From assembly GCA_951406725.2 (NCBI GenBank), contig OX597836.1:42532001-42596000 (forward strand): DNA of 64,000 nucleotides, given 5' to 3'. The stretch comes from Octopus vulgaris (lineage: Eukaryota). The position numbers and the translations under genes were made by a program. This document shows positions 61,668 to 64,000 of the stretch, in pieces (position 1 is the first letter of the stretch; each line of letters starts with the position of its first letter). Under the pieces are notes generated by a model, which was not told where the DNA came from, searched no databases, and saw only the letters and a list, made by a program, of their open reading frames with translations.

Positions 61668-62930
61668 ATGGCAACACCATATCGATTACCCCCCAATTAC
61701 ATGAGACATCAAGGCAATTCTGGCAGACACTTTGTTGGACGACATTATGAGAGGGAAGAACTGAAGATCTTGATCAAGGATGAAGATACTCAAATAATAC
61801 AAGTTTATGGACTGCCTTATGTTGGCAAAACAAGTCTTGTGAAAACTGTAAGAAATTTACTATTGTTTTCTCTTTTCTTTACGTTAACCTTATTGCATTT
61901 TGCCTTTCTGTAGGTTATTAGGGATCCTTGAGGTTTTACAGTTAAGTTACTGACTAAAGAGGAAAGCATTTCTGGTTCAATCGCATACAATGGCAGTCAC
62001 TGAAGTCTTTGTACCGTTTGGTGAGTTGGTGGTTGACCTATGATCAAAGGTATTTCTCTTGTAACCATTCTGTCTATGGCAAATATTATATTATTTAATG
62101 TATCCTGTCCTATGTTATGAAGAAGGTGGGCAGTTTGAGAGAGGTTTGACTGCTTTATATATTATGCATATATATACTTGGAAACAAGTAAATTTGGTTT
62201 CCGGAGGGGGGCATCTGGCTGTAGAGAGTCTGCCAGTTTAACTGATAACTGGTAAGCTAGGGAGCTGCACCAGGTTCCAATCTAATTTGACAGGGTTTCT
62301 ACAGATGGGTGCCCCTCCTAACACCAACCACTGCAAGAGTGTAAGGTGTGTCTTTTACGTGCCAGTTACGAAACCCCAGCATCAGCCATGACTACGATCT
62401 CACTTGACTTGAAAGATCTTCTCAAGCACAAGAATAATTAATTGATATACAGAGAATGAGAGAGAGAGTTAGATGAAATAAGAGATGGATAGTAAAAGAG
62501 ATGAAGCAACTGTGTAATTAATAGAAAAATAATTAAAGAGATTGAATGGCAAAGTGACAAACTGTTATCCAGAAAGATACTTAGACAAACTGTAAGGTGA
62601 ATATGAAGGAATATAAAGGATACCCTGAACTAATGCATAGACAAAAGAACAGACAAAGAGACAGTTATTGAGAGAGAATTATAAGGTCAGACAGAGAAAC
62701 AGACAAAGTAAGAGACCGATAAATTGATAAGTGAATCTATGGAAATCTTTGAACTTGTTCTAATGTTATGTTTCTAATATGACAGGTCTGTCAAGAATTG
62801 AAGGATGAAATCAACCCCGAAAGACTCCACATAAAACAAATAGAAAGATGGGCAGGTGTATAAATTTTCTGATAGAATAAGGAAAGCAAGGGAGACTAAT
62901 AGATTGTTAGACAAACAGACAGACAAATGT

Positions 62931-63007
<77 letters not shown>

Positions 63008-63013
63008 CGGACG

Positions 63014-63099
<86 letters not shown>

Positions 63100-64000
63100 C
63101 ATATCTTCTTGTAAGGTTGTGGGAACGATAGACAGGTAAGGTAATAAGACAAAGCAATATATGAATAGATTGGCGGATAGACAGATTCTGAAAAGATAGT
63201 CATCTGATTAGGCAGCTGGATAAAATTACTGATGGATAAAAGAACAGACAAATCATCATCATCATCATTTAATGTCTGTTTTCCATGCTGGCATGGGTTG
63301 GACAGTTTAACTGAAAACTGGTAAGCTGGGGAGCTGCACCAGGTTCCAATCTAATTTGACATGGTTTCTACACATTGGTGCCCCTCCTAACACCAACCAC
63401 TGCAAGAGTGTAAGGGGTGTTTTTTACGTGCCAGTTACGAAACACAACCATCAGCTCTGACTACGATCTCACTTGGCTTGACAGATCTTCTCAAGCATAA
63501 GAATAATTAATTGATAGACAGAGAGTGAGAGAGAGAGGTAGATGAAATAAGAGATGGATAGTAAAAGAGATGAAGCAACTGTGTAATTAATAGAAAAATA
63601 ATTAAAGAGATTGAATTGGAAAGTGACAAACTGTTATCCAGAAAGATACTTAGACAAACTGTAAGATGAATATGAAGGAATATAAAGGATACCCTGAACT
63701 AATGCATAGACAAAATAATAGACAAAGAGACAGTTATTGAGAGAGAATTATAAAGTCAGACAGAGAAAGAGAAAAACTGAGAGACCAATAAATTGATAAG
63801 TGAATCTATGGAAACCTTTGAACTTGTTCTAATGTTATGTTTCTAATATGACAGGTCTGTGAAGAATTGAAGGATGAAATCAACCCCGAAAGACTCCACA
63901 TAAAACACATCCATATTTCTAATAATAGCAGTTGGTCTGATATTTCCAACATGTACAATACATTCACCAATTGTTCCAGTATCACCAACACGAAATGGAA
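61668..64000 (+). CDS. NB-ARC-TPR gene, paralog C, 5' part (exon 1 61668-61847; exon 2 from 63855, running off the window)
   Basis: Exon 1 [11 protein letters not shown]...[13 protein letters not shown]|gtaaga; exon 2 gacag|GTC TGT GAA GAA... open to the window end; near-identical to paralog B. Confidence 0.82.
62786..62838 (+). pseudogene. truncated duplicate of the exon 2 5' end (pseudo-exon) in paralog C intron 1
   Basis: gacag|GTCTGTCAAGAATTG...CATAAAACA followed by unrelated sequence; part of a ~600-bp duplication (62235-62838 vs 63303-63907). Confidence 0.8.

Overview
Eukaryotic, repeat-rich animal DNA. The SINE families and dense (TA)n/(GATA)n/(CA)n microsatellites suggest an octopod cephalopod, which is an inference. 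The window is a head-to-tail tandem array of ~34-40 kb units, each carrying one + strand, intron-containing gene for a STAND (NB-ARC/AP-ATPase) NTPase fused to TPR-like repeats, an NLR-like architecture. Copy A is present as its last 7 exons (1739-11376). Copy B is complete (10 coding exons, 28061-51095, 2577 nt, 858 aa by manual splicing with consistent GT-AG phases). Copy C begins at 61668. The paralogs differ in clustered amino-acid patches. Unit-specific insertions include a near-full-length Tx1/L1-like LINE inside a (GATA)n tract whose empty site is visible in the next unit, a deleted mariner, gypsy remnants, an LTR+PBS derivative with a TSD, AT-rich Penelope-like repeats carrying hammerhead-ribozyme-like motifs, a ~183-bp intronic satellite and a 19-bp minisatellite expanded from ~5 to ~86 copies. 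Most short ORFs in the track are microsatellite artefacts. All calls are by eye; no searches were run.
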